A DNA stretch of 63,543 bases, counting the filler, from Chiloscyllium plagiosum (Eukaryota), in NCBI RefSeq assembly GCF_004010195.1. It is 3 parts of one record of this genome, joined end to end, with 100 filler letters (N's around TTAATTAATTAA, not from the genome) between each part and the next. Parts side by side here need not be neighbours in the genome. Positions count along the whole stretch, not along the records: positions 46,923 to 63,543 come from NC_057711.1; 2 more parts are not named here. One strand, given 5' to 3'. Below are positions 52,363 to 63,543 of this stretch, one piece after another. Under the pieces are notes generated by a model. That model worked only from the letters and a program-made list of their open reading frames with translations. It was not told the origin of the DNA and searched no databases. A program made the position numbers and the translations under genes. Numbering within the stretch: position 1 is the first letter of the stretch; each line of letters opens with the position of its first letter.

Positions 52363-53477
52363 TATGCCCTTCATCAGGAATGATGCTTGTGGGCTAGGGG
52401 GGCTGAGAGATAAATGGAAGGGGTGTCTGGCTGGGGCGAAGGTAGCTGAGAATGCAATAGGTAGAGGAAAGTGGGGGGAAAGGTGATAGGTCAGAGAGGA
52501 GGATGGGGCGGATAAATGGCAAAGATTATGGACAGGTCAAGATGCCTGTGCCGAGTTGGAGGCTTGAGACAGGGATAAGGTGGAGTGGAAGGTAAATGAG
52601 GGAACTGGTGGAATCCACATTAATTCTGTGTGGTTTGCAGGGTCCCAAGGCAGAAGATGAGGTGTTCTTCCTCCAGGTGTGAGGTGGTGAGGGTTTGGTG
52701 TTGGAGGAGGCCCAGACCTGCATGTCCTTGGTGGAGTGTGAGGGGGAGTTAAAGTGTTTAGGTGGTGGGGTTGGTTGGTATGGGTGTCCCAGAGATGTTC
52801 TCTGAAACGACAGCAAGTTGGCGTCCTGTCTCCCTGATGTAGAGGAGACCACAACGTGTGCAATGGATGCAGTAGATGACATTTGTGAAGGTACAGGTAA
52901 ATTTCTGTTGGATGTGCAAGGATCCTTTGGGGCATTGGATGGAGGTGAAGGGGAAGTGTGGGTAAAGGTTTTGCACTTTCTGTGCTGGTGTGGATCTGAC
53001 AAGGGAGTCGCGGAGGGAATGGTCTCCCTGGAACGAAGGTCCTGAGCCTCCTCCATCACTAAACCCTAATCATCCAACGCCTGGAGGAAGAACGCCTCAT
53101 CTTCTGCCTTGGGACCCTGCAATCACACGGGATTAATGTGGATTTCATCAGTTTCCTCATTTCCTCCAACTTGGCACCAGCATCTTGATCTGTCCATCAT
53201 CTTTCCCATCTATCCGCTCCACCCTCCTCTCCGACCTATCACCTTCTTCCCCACCTTCATCTAATTATTGCATTCTCAGCTACCCTCCTCCAATCCCAGC
53301 CCCCTCCCATTTATCTCTTAGCCACCCCCGGCCCACAAACCTCATTCCTGATGAAGGGCTTATGCCAAAAAACGTCGACCCTCCTGCCCCTCAGATGCTG
53401 CCTGACCTGCTGTGCTTTTCCAACACCGCACTCTCAACTCTGATCTCCAGCCTCTGCAGTCCTCACTTTCTCCTCCC
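52363..53477. mobile_element. Older Neptune-like PLE with an inverted 5' arm, inserted in a SINE-like repeat
   Basis: Minus arm about 52363-53040 (FTCTFTNVIYCIHCTRCGLLYIRETGR) and plus arm about 53050-53477 with a degenerate HHR at 53348. 19-bp TSD tgtaa(g/a)ttagaccatggca at 52344-52362 and 53478-53496. Confidence 0.85.
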
Positions 53478-55967
53478 TGTAAATTAGACCATGGCAGGAC
53501 TTGAACGCATCTCTCCAGAACATTATATGGGCCTCTGGATTAATAGTCTAGTAAGAACACCATTAGGCGATTACCTTCTCATCTGAGGAGGCTAGCAAGG
53601 GTAGATGTTGAGAAGATTTTACTGTTAGTGGGGAATCCTGCCATGGGACAAAGTTATAGGATAAGGGGGCATCTATTTAAAACTGAGATACAAAGGAAGC
53701 ACTCCTCCCAGAGGGTAGAGAATGGCTGGATTTCTTTACCCCAGAGACCCGTGGAAGCTAAGTCACTGAAAGCATTTTAAAAAGTGATAGCTAGAAATAT
53801 CAAGGCGTGGACGGCAATGCTGATTTGGCATGAAAGAGGACTTGAGGCCTGGGACACATCAGCAATAATCTTATTGAATGGATGGGCAGGCTAGAGGAGA
53901 CAACTTGCCTACTCCTGTTCCTATTTCTTATGTTCTATCAGGTCACTGTTAAAATTCGATCAGTCGTTATTTTCAAAATTACGGCTAGTGAATTTAGCTC
54001 GTTTTTAGATGAAGATCTCAAACAGCTTGCATGTCATCAACATTTATGAAGCACTCTCTTGTTTCACATGGTCATGTAATTTAATCATACTGTGTAACTT
54101 ACTAACAAGCCAACATGGTGGAAATTTGCAAAAAACATAGTGCAAATGTTTGAATTTGTACAAAACACAAGGCATAAATAATATGAAATACATTATATTG
54201 TCACTTAATTTTCTGGAATTGTCAATTTTGTGGAGTTGGTCAAAAATCCATTAACCCATAAATTTGGTCGCCAGTCAGTTGCTAACCAGACTAGTAAACT
54301 ATCAAAGTGATAGCCAGGTTGGTTATACCTATTTTCAGCTGAGAGTTCATCATTTGCCATATTGGTACACCTCAAAACAAAATTGCTCAGTTCACATTTC
54401 TGATAAAGACCTGTCTCAGCATTAATGTGCACTCAGTAAAACTTAACTTGAGACGGTCTGCACTAAATAAGATCATATACTTAATATTTACCCACCTGAA
54501 AGCAGACTTAGGTGTTCTCTAGCTCTTTCAAGTATTTTATTTTAATCACATAGGCCACCACTCCACTTCCACCTATTGTTTTCTCTGACTTTCAACTGGA
54601 GCTGCTCCCGTTTACTTGAGTCTCCCAAGCCTGTTCCATCAAACCTCTCATCTCTTGATTTCCCTGTCTCCAGTATCCTGATACATCTGGCTACCCATTT
54701 CTAGATGCTACAACCCCATATCTCCCTGCTTCCTGCCTCCTGACACTCTTATCTGCTGAAGCTCCCAGCCTCTTATTTCCCAGTCTGGTCACATATTCCA
54801 CACAATCAAGGTTTCAGTCCTTCCCAGACAACAATTCCATCCACCTCGCTTCCAACTTCTGGCCTTGTTTCCTGATTTCCTGGGCCTCTAATCCTATCTC
54901 TACCTGCCCTCTCAAATTCTCCCCCACTGGCTTTTGACTCTTCCAACCCCCCCCCCCCCCCAACCAGATTTCTAAACTATATCTTTACCTTATAAGATAT
55001 TTGTAATCTAACTTTTTGGATTATGCGTTCTAAAATTGTATTTTGTTTTCTTCACAGACAGCTACGTTGTATAATGCCCAGAACTTCTAAGAAAATGGGG
55101 TTTTGTTTGAGATGCACACTGCTGTGAATTTGTAAATTCTCCAGGAATTTATAGTGAGGGAGAAATATCCTGCACACCACTGTAATTACTTATGAATAGC
55201 AAATCACCACAATTTGCCAGCAAATTTGTTTTTAATGCCTTATAGAAGATTGCTGTCAATCTCTATGGGAGTTTCAGGAAATTATTGTTTTGTGGACTAA
55301 TTGTGGATTTAACTCAGTGCAGAAAGGTATGGCTGGTACAATACTGTGAGGGCTTTTATAATGTTATTTTTGTGAAAGGTCCTGGAGAATGCAGGATGGA
55401 AAGCCTCTGCACTATTAAATAATAGAATTGTAATAGTGCAGATGGGGGTCATTTTGTCTATTGTGTTTGTGACAGCTCTCTGGAGGAGCAATTTACCTCT
55501 CACCATTCCACACCACCCCGCCACCACCCGCCCGGCACCTCAGCCCCTCCTGCCACACCTTCTCCCCTTTACTACCGTGAACGTATTTCATTATCAGAGT
55601 TTAATCCAATTCCCTCTTGATTGCTCAATTGAATCTGTTCCCAGATTATGTGTTCCAGGTCTGGTTTTCCAATACATTTTTTGTCAATTATCTTTCAAAT
55701 CAGAGCACTCTTGTTCTCAATCCTTCCACCAATGGAAACAATGTTCTCAATCAAGCCTCCTCTGAATCTGCTCATCTTCAAGGTAAACATTCCCATCTTT
55801 TCCAATATTTCCATGTAACTGGAATTTGTCATCGCTGGGACCATTCTCGTGATATTTTTCTGCACTCTCTCTAATATCTTTACATCTTTCATAAAGGGTG
55901 ATTCCCATATGAACACATGTAATAGGAGCATTAGTAGGCACCTCAAGCTGACTCTGCCATTCAATAG

Positions 55968-56322
55968 GTGGGCGGAATGGTGGCTCACTGGTTAGCAGTG
56001 CTACCTCATAGCACCAGGGTCCTGGGTTCGATTCCAGCGTTGGGCGACTGTATGATATTTGTACATTCTCCCTGTGTCTGTATGGGTTTTCTCTATGCTA
56101 CTGATTCCTCCGACAATCCAAAGATATGCAGGTTAGGTGAATTGGCCATGCTAAATTGCCCATAGTGTTCAGGGATGTGTAGATTAGGTGCATTAGTCAG
56201 GGGTAAATGTAGAGTAATAGGGTAAGGGAATGGGTTTGGGTGGGTTACTCTTCGGACGGTCAGTGTGGGCTTGTTGAGTCTAATGGTCTGTTTCCACACA
56301 GTACTGATGCTATGATTCTATG
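55968..56322 (+). mobile_element. HE1-type V-SINE
   Basis: tRNA-like head (tggctcactgg, gggttcgattcc), V-domain and (ctatgatt)-type tail. Confidence 0.87.
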
Positions 56323-56734
56323 AATAGGATCATGGCTGAGCTGACAGTGGCTGCAACTCCACATTCTGAGCTCCCCAATACCTGTTGACTCCATTGTTAG
56401 CCAAGAATCTATCTCCCTCTCCCTCAAAAAAATTCTACTGCTGTCCAGGGAAGAGAATTTTAGACTTGTGATCTTCTCAAGTTAAAAAATTGCTCTAATT
56501 TCCCTTTTAAATGGGAAACCCTTTTTTTTAAGCAATGTCCCCTAGTTTTCGTCTTTACCAGAGGGAACACATCCTTTCAATGCAGGAAGATCAGCTCTTA
56601 TTTTTCTAATCTCCAATGGATATTGGCTCAACCTATTCGAAAGTTCTCCACAGTGTAGTTCCCTCATCCCTGGAATCAATGAAATAAACCTTCTTTGAAC
56701 TACTTCTGAAACAGTTATCATAAGTTGTTATAGC

Positions 56735-57903
56735 AAAATCAGAAGTCGCCTGGCACCACAGGTTTATTTGAAATCACAAGCTCTCGGAGCACAGCTCCTT
56801 CATCAGGAGAAATGGAAGGAAGTGCACAAACACAAAATTCATATGCAGAGAGATAATTGCAAGCAAGTTCCAGGTAATAAAGAGTGTCAACAGATAAGTA
56901 TAACTAGTGTGAGCGGACTGTCAACAGACTGAATAACAAGTCTTCATAGGTGATCAAAAGTGTCAAATGGTGTGAGTCAAGCTGACCTATGATCTGATTA
57001 TTTAAGGCAGAGAGATAATTACAAAACAAAAAAATCCAAAATAAGATGGTGCATGGAACAAACTAAATGGCTGGAATAACATGATAGGTGTAAGAGTTGC
57101 ATGATGAGGATCTCACCAAAGTAACAAACAATACAAAGCTGTATAAACTAATTGAGGTAGAGACATAATAACAAGTTATTAAAGTGATGGTGTCAAAACC
57201 AAACAGTAAGGAAGATTTTACACAGAACTGTATGGTAGGGTTACACATAGCGTGACATGAACCCAAGATCATAGTTACAGCCATCTTCAGAGGCACGGAA
57301 CTTGACTACCAGTTTCTGCTCAGCGATTCTGCATTGTTGTGTTTCTCAAAGGCATCTTGGAGAATGCTTACCCAAAGATTGGAGGTTGAATGGCCCAAAC
57401 TGGGAGGGAACACTCCTGACTGGCGATTGATGTTCGGTGTCCATTCATCTGTTGTTGTAGAGTCTGCATGGTCTCGTGAAAGTACCATGCCTTGGAGCTA
57501 TCCTTGAAATAGACAATGTTGGCCAAGTCACATGAGTACATTCCGTGTACATGGTGGGTGGTATTCTCATGTGTGATGGTAGTATCCATGTTGATGATCT
57601 GACGTGTCTTGCAGAGGTTGCGGTGGCAGGGGTGTGTTGTGTTGTGGTTGTTGTTCTCCTGAAGGCTGGGTAGTTTGCTGTGAACATCACACATGTGGAA
57701 ACCTCTGCATGCTTAATTATTTGAAATTATCTTGCCATTATCTTTCTGCATATAAATTCTGTGTCTGTGCACTTCCCTCCATTTCATCTGATGAAGGAGC
57801 TGTGCTCTGAAAGCTTGTGATTTCAAATAAACCTGTTGAACTATAACCTGGTTTGTGTGACTCCTGACTTTGTCCACTCCATTCCAACACTGGCGCTTCC
57901 ACA
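56735..57903. mobile_element. PLE family B: inverted arm with GIY-YIG relic plus forward pLTR
   Basis: Minus-strand 'LCKTRQIINMDTTI...YSCDLANIVY...HETMQTLQQQMNGHR'. HHR motifs at about 56778-56806 (minus, GAAA>GAGA) and 57788-57816 (plus). Confidence 0.8.
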
Positions 57904-58622
57904 AACAAGTTATTGTATCCTAGAGGCTATTCAGTCCCTGGAGCCTCCTTTGCCATTCCAGATCATGCTGATTATTTATCACTGTAGGTTTTTTGTGCAC
58001 TGTACCTTGATGTAATTAATAATGAGAAATCTATCAATCATTGTTTCAAACTTACTTATTGACTGAACATCCACTGCCCTCTGTCATAGAGAATTCCAAA
58101 CATTCATCACCAACTGAGTGAGAAAAATTCTTACTAAATTGTCTTTTGTTCTGAAACTGTGTTCCCTGGTTCCAGACCCTATAGTTAGAGGAAGTTTACT
58201 TTCAGCATCTTCTCATCTGTCTAAGAATTTTGTAAATGTTGTAGATACCAATGGCTGAATAGGACAAAATGGCTGCTTGTGGTTTTTGTAGTGATTTGAA
58301 ATTTCCGATTTTTATATATGAAAATAGAAAGAGAAAGCTTGATCCACTTTAATCGAGGCATTTTAAAAAAATATGATTATGTATTAGAGTAGACACATAT
58401 ATTCGTAAAATAATAGTAGTTTTAATGTATTTGACACTGAAAAAATTAATTAGATTTCTGTCGGCAGTCAGCCTTGACACAGTGACTGGTTTGGATAAAC
58501 ATTCTTGCAGGAACCTTTTCTCCTCGACAGGAAGATTAGAACAACAAAAACATATAAACGAGATAACCTTGTAAGAGAACCCAGAGATGTAGCAAGGTGG
58601 GGCAGAAACAATTGTGAAACAG

Positions 58623-58639
58623 GGTCACTATGACCTTGA
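58623..58639. promoter_or_regulatory. Perfect estrogen response element overlapping an ERR/SF1-type site
   Basis: GGTCA-CTA-TGACC (58623-58635) continuing as TGACCTTGA, in non-repeat sequence. Confidence 0.3.
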
Positions 58640-59895
58640 GAGAATAAATAATTGCTGCTTTCAATCTAATGAACATCCTGAAGAGTCCAAATAAGCTTTT
58701 CTTAATGACTTAATGGAGCTATAAAATTGCTTGAATTTCATTCCTAGTGATGGGATTTGAATATGTGCTCTATGAAAAGTATTTAAAGTAATGCCAATAA
58801 CGTCCATCCTGTTATCACAGTTCTGTTTTAAACCATTTTACAGCATATACAATAGAAGAAGCTGTAAAGGGCAGCTGCTAGACAGACGAACTGGATTTGT
58901 TTGACTTTTCCAAATCATGTAAAAGTGAAGTTGTTCCGGAAATTGTTAGCTTGGTTACAGAATCTTAGTATTAGGTGTAACTATCTATAACTTTAGAAGT
59001 AATTTTATGTTAGAGCAGATATTTCAACAATTGCTGGAGATTAGTACCCATTGTAATCTTGTGTACTAAGGTCAGCAAGAGATATAAACTGCATGACTGA
59101 ATTTGAAAAGTCATTTGTAATAAGCAAGTCTATGATGCAGCTGGTGAATGTTTAGAAAGGGACATTGCAGTGTTGGAATGTGGTCAATAAGATGTATTGT
59201 AAGATCCCAAGGGCAGTTGATAAGGAATCCAACAAACTACACGAAAAGATAACGACTTAAGTTATCCATCACAAGTTTGGATATGTAGGTCAGAGAGGAT
59301 GTGGAAAGCACTGATATCAGTGTTGCCCATAACCACTGTAACATGGTAGGTATAAATATCCTGTGCTTTACTGGGACTAAGTGAATGTTTTGAAGTCTGT
59401 CTCCAGTGACCTCTTCCAAGCTACAAGGTAAGGAGTTCCGAATAATGATTGATTTGTGCTGCTGAACACAGGACTAAGACTCTTCTTTAAAATTCTTCTC
59501 CAACTGTAAATTTATTTGAGACTGCCCCTCATTCTTCTGTACCTTACAGAATACAGGCCTAGTCTCTTGAATCTCTCTTCTCAGGACATCGTCCCAGAAA
59601 TTAGTCTGGTGAACCTACACAACACTCCCTCTATGGTAAGAATATCCTTCATTAGTGAAGGGATCCTGAACTGCAAACAATACTCCAGGTATGGTCTCAC
59701 CAGTGTTATGTATAAAACTGAAGAGAGAAGTGGGGTCACAAATGTGCAGCATTGGTCTCCTTATTTAAGGAAGTATATAACTACTTTTGAAGAAGTTCAA
59801 AGAATATTTTTTGAACTTACACCTAAATGGGTGAATTGCCTTATACAGAGAGCTTTTGCAGGCTCATATCAGTTTGAGTTTAAAAGAGTAATATG

Positions 59896-61737
59896 TGGGG
59901 GGATTCAAGATGGCGGCGATCTAACAGGTCTGCCTTGCTGAGCTCTGCACCATAACTCAGGCAAAATGGTGCTTTTACCATCCACATTTTAGCTATTCTG
60001 GAAAAAATCGGTAATTTTAAGTGATTAGAATCTCTATATTCCTTTTTAATGAACTGGGAGAATGAAGAAAGGCAAAGGGCCGCGTGGATCACAATAAAGA
60101 GGGCACTCCCCTGCAGTGATGGGCGCATCTGTGGCCACAGCGTTGACCTCTGTGGAAGCTCCACTGGATTTACCTGCTTAGCAAGGTCTGGCTTCGGAGT
60201 TTGTTAATCTCTGAGAAAAGATCGAGTCAGTGATAGAGGACACTGGGGCCAGGCTGGAACCAATCTTGGCCATGTTGCAAAAAAAGCATTCTTGAAGAAG
60301 GGCTTATACCCGAAACGTCGATTCTCCTGCTCCTTGGATGCTGCCTGACCTGCTGCGCTTTTCCAGCAACACATTTTTCAGCTCTGATCTCCAGCATCTG
60401 CAGTCCTCACTTTCTCCATGTTGCAAAAACATGAGTACGTGATGCAACATTTCAGGCAGCATGTGGAGGAGGTCGAGCGGAGGACCATGGCATTGGATAG
60501 TGCGGCCGAATCTTCGGCGGGACAGATCCAGGCTCTGGAAAAGCAAGTACAAGCCTTAGTGGAGTCGGTCAATGACCTTGAGAATCAAGGTCGGAGAAAG
60601 AACATTCTAATTATTGGGCTGCTGGAGCGAGAAGAAAAGGATCAGCCAGCCAGCTTTTTTTGAGCTATGGGTGGCGAATTTTCAGGGATGGGAAGCCAAG
60701 GCAGGCCAGGTGCGGATCGATTGAGCTCACTGGGTCGTGGTGCGCAACCCCAGGTCAGACGTGCGACCCCGCCCAGTCTTAGTGCGATTCCAGTCCTATA
60801 AAGACAAGCAAAAGGTGTTGGAAGCTTCCAGAACACTGGAAAAGGATCCACAGGCTCTGATTTACAAGGGATCGAAGATGATATTTTTTCAGGACTTTTC
60901 TGTGGCTGTGATCCGTAAGAGAAAGATCTTTGATGAGGTAGCAAAGAGGCTGAGGGATATCCAGTACTTCATAAGGTACCCGGCAGAGCTCCGTTTCAGC
61001 CACTGAGGGTCCGTACATGTCTTTGATTCATCAGAGAAAGCAAAGAACTTTTTGGACACTTTAAAATAGACTGACTGGCTCAAGCAATTTCGACAATAAT
61101 GGTTCTCCTTTGTTGTTTTTCTCGTTTTGTTTTGTCCCTTTAATTTTTTTTCTTCTCCCTTCCATTTTCACTTTCCTGGGGTTTGGAAACGTTGTTGGAA
61201 TTTTTGGTTTGTTTTTTCCAGCTTGATAAGATCTATGCATTCTTTATTTTTGTTTTGCCTGAGTTTGAGGTGTGGCTTCAGCTAGAAGGAGGTGCATGCA
61301 TGGGTAGTGTGAGTGCCCCCTATGGGCAAGGGGGAAAGTCTCCTCTTATCTGTTTTTGTATTGATTTATTGTAGTTGTAGCTTTTCAAAATTTTGTTTTG
61401 GTAGTTTTTGTCAATGTGTTCTTCAGGCTCCATGAGTCTTTAACTGTTTCTACTCTGTGCGTCGTGAGTAAGGTTCTTTCTCTCGGGGGTTAACGGGCTG
61501 TTTTAGATAACTATGGCTAGTTGTTTGCTCAAATGGTTCACCTGGAATATTAAGGGGAGTCACTCACCGATTAATAGAAAGAAAGTACTTTCAAGTCTTA
61601 GAAAAGCGAGGGTGGATGGCACTCTATTACAAGAAACTCACCTTGATGACACGGAGCATCTAAAGTTGCAGCAGGGAGGGTTTGACTGAGTGTTTTTTCA
61701 TCTTTTAATAATAAAAGCAGGGGAGTGGCTATACGCA
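59896..61737 (+). mobile_element. L1-clade LINE 5' part (5' UTR, ORF1, T-rich spacer, start of ORF2), interrupted
   Basis: ggggggattcaagatggcggcg start. ORF1 'DLENQGRRKNILIIGLLERE', 'PRPVLVRFQSYKDKQKVL', 'IFFQDFS', 'YPAELR'. ORF2 from 61513 'MASCLLKWFTWNIKGSHSPINRKKV...LLQETHL'. Confidence 0.9.
60284..60415 (+). mobile_element. About 130-bp PLE pLTR mini-insertion inside L1 ORF1
   Basis: 14-bp TSD ccatgttgcaaaaa at 60270-60283 and 60416-60429. HHR core mutated to TTGAAGA. Confidence 0.85.
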
Positions 61738-63543
61738 TAGAGTCATAGAGTCACAGAGTCATAGAGATGTACAGCATGGAAACAGACCCTTCGGTCCAAC
61801 CCGTCCATGCTGACCAGGTATCCCAACCCAATCTAGTCCCACCTGCCAGCGCTTGGCCCATATCCCTCCAAACCCTTCCTATTCATATACCCATCCAAAT
61901 GCCTCTTAAATGTTGCAATTGTACCAGCCTCCACCACATCCTCTGGCAGCTCATTCCATACACGTACCACCCTCTGCATGAAAACGTTGCCCCTTAAGTC
62001 TCTTTTATATCTTTCCCCTCTCAGCCTAAACCTATGTCCACTAGTTCTGGATTCCCCGACCCCAGGAAAAAGACTTTGTCTATTTATCTTATCAATGCCC
62101 CTCATAATTTTGTAAACCTCTATAAGGTCACCCCTCAGACTCCAATACTCCAGGGAAAACAGCCCCAGTCTGTTCAGCCTCTCCCTGTAGCTCAGATCCT
62201 CCAACCCTGGCAACATCCTTGTAAATCTTTTCTGAACCCTTTCAAGTTTCACAACATCTTTCTGATAGGAAGGAGACCAGAATTGCATGCAATATTCCAA
62301 CAGTGGCCTAACCAATGTCATGTACAGCCGCAATACGACTTCCCAACTCCTGTACTCAATACTCTGACCAATAAAGGAAAGCATACCAAACACCTTCTTC
62401 ACTATCATATCTACCTGCGACTTCACTTTCAAGGAGCTATGAACCTGCACTCCAAGGTCTCTTTGTTCAGCAACACTCCCTAGGACCTTACCATTAAGTG
62501 TATAAGTCCTGCTAAGATTTGCTTTCCCAAAATGCAGCACTTCGCATTTATCTGAATTAAGCTCCATCTGCCACTTCTCAGCCCATTGGTCCATCTGGTC
62601 CAGATTCTGTTGTAATCTGAGGTAACCCACTTCGCTGTCCACTACACCTCCAATTTATGTGTCATCTGCAAACTTTCTAACTGTACCTCTTATGCTCGCA
62701 TCCAAATCATTTATGTAAATGACAAAAAGTAGAGGACCCTGCACCGACCCTTGTGGCACTCCACTGGTCACAGGCCTCCAGTCTGAAAAACAACCCTCCA
62801 CCACTACCCTCTGTCTTCTACCTTTGAACCAGTTCTGTATCCAAATGGCTAGTTCTCCCTGTATTCCGTGAGATCTAACCTTGTTAATCAGTCTCCCATG
62901 GGGAACCTTGTTGAACGCCTTACTGAAGTCCATATAGATCACATCTACTGCTCTGCCCTCATCAATCTTCTTTGTTACTTCTTCAAAAAACTAATCAAGT
63001 TTGTGAGATATGATTTCCCACGCACAAAACCATGTTGATTATCCCGAATCAGTCCTTGCCTTTCCAAATACATGTACATCCTGTCCCTCAGGATTCCCTC
63101 CAATAACTTGCCCACCACCGAGGTCAGGCTCACCGGTCTATAGTTCCCTGGCTTGTCTTTACCGCCCTTCTTAAACAGTGGCACCATGTTAGCCAACCTC
63201 CAGTCTTCCGGCACCTCACCTGTGACTATCGATGATACAAATATTTCACCAAGAGGCCCAGCAATCACTTTTCTAGCTTCCCACAGAGTTCTCAGGTACA
63301 CCTGATCAGGTCCTGGGGATTTCTCCACCTTTAACCGTTTCAATTCATCCAGCACTTGCTCCTCTGTAATTTGGACATTTTGCAAGGTGTCACCATCTAT
63401 TTCCCTACAGTCTATATCTTCCATATCCTTTTCCACAGTAAATACTGATGCAAAATATTCATTTAGTGTCTCCCCCATTTTCTGTGGCTCCACACAAAGG
63501 CAGCCTTGCTGATTACCCTTTTGTCCTTAATATATTTGTAAAA
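61737..63543 (-). mobile_element. Young CR1 LINE (RT domain plus 3' tail) inserted into L1 ORF2
   Basis: ORFs 62975-63493, 62655-62942 and 61833-62642 give a nearly continuous RT (NYRPVSLTSVVGK, DFSKAF, SGVPQGS, KFADDT). (agagtcat)n tail at 61737-61765. Confidence 0.95.

Noticed and set aside
1..63543. CRISPR arrays, operons or prokaryotic defence systems
   Set aside because: No regularly spaced direct repeats or dense bacterial-type ORFs. The sequence is spliceosomal-intron-containing vertebrate DNA.

Overview
Eukaryotic, repeat-rich vertebrate DNA, not prokaryotic. The HE1-type V-SINEs, shark-type CR1 LINEs and Neptune-like Penelope elements point to a shark or ray (inference). The only host gene I can support is the 5' part of centrin-3 (CETN3) on the minus strand: coding exon 1 at 27704-27720, coding exon 2 at 13392-13527, and a CpG/CCAAT promoter at about 27420-28040. 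Exons 3-5 were not found and presumably lie left of the window. Most of the remainder is transposable-element debris: CR1 (one nearly full length with a nested younger copy), RTE, L1, a Rex/L2-like LINE, SINEs, solo LTRs and a Gypsy gag relic. There are also more than 12 Penelope-like element (PLE) pieces from two families, each with a minimal hammerhead ribozyme (HHR) motif. Most notable: (1) a 2.5-kb composite PLE block (40352-42879) bounded by one target-site duplication (TSD), enclosing about 1.1 kb of old non-PLE DNA between two same-orientation HHRs, which suggests ribozyme-bounded transduction unless it is a misassembly; (2) a decayed env-like membrane-anchor region followed by a polypurine tract and probable 3' LTR (48143-49871); (3) PLE truncation and inversion junctions that cluster at the ribozyme; (4) candidate regulatory elements. 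Three N-gaps all fall inside PLE copies. All calls are by eye, with no database search, and repeat boundaries are approximate unless a TSD is given.
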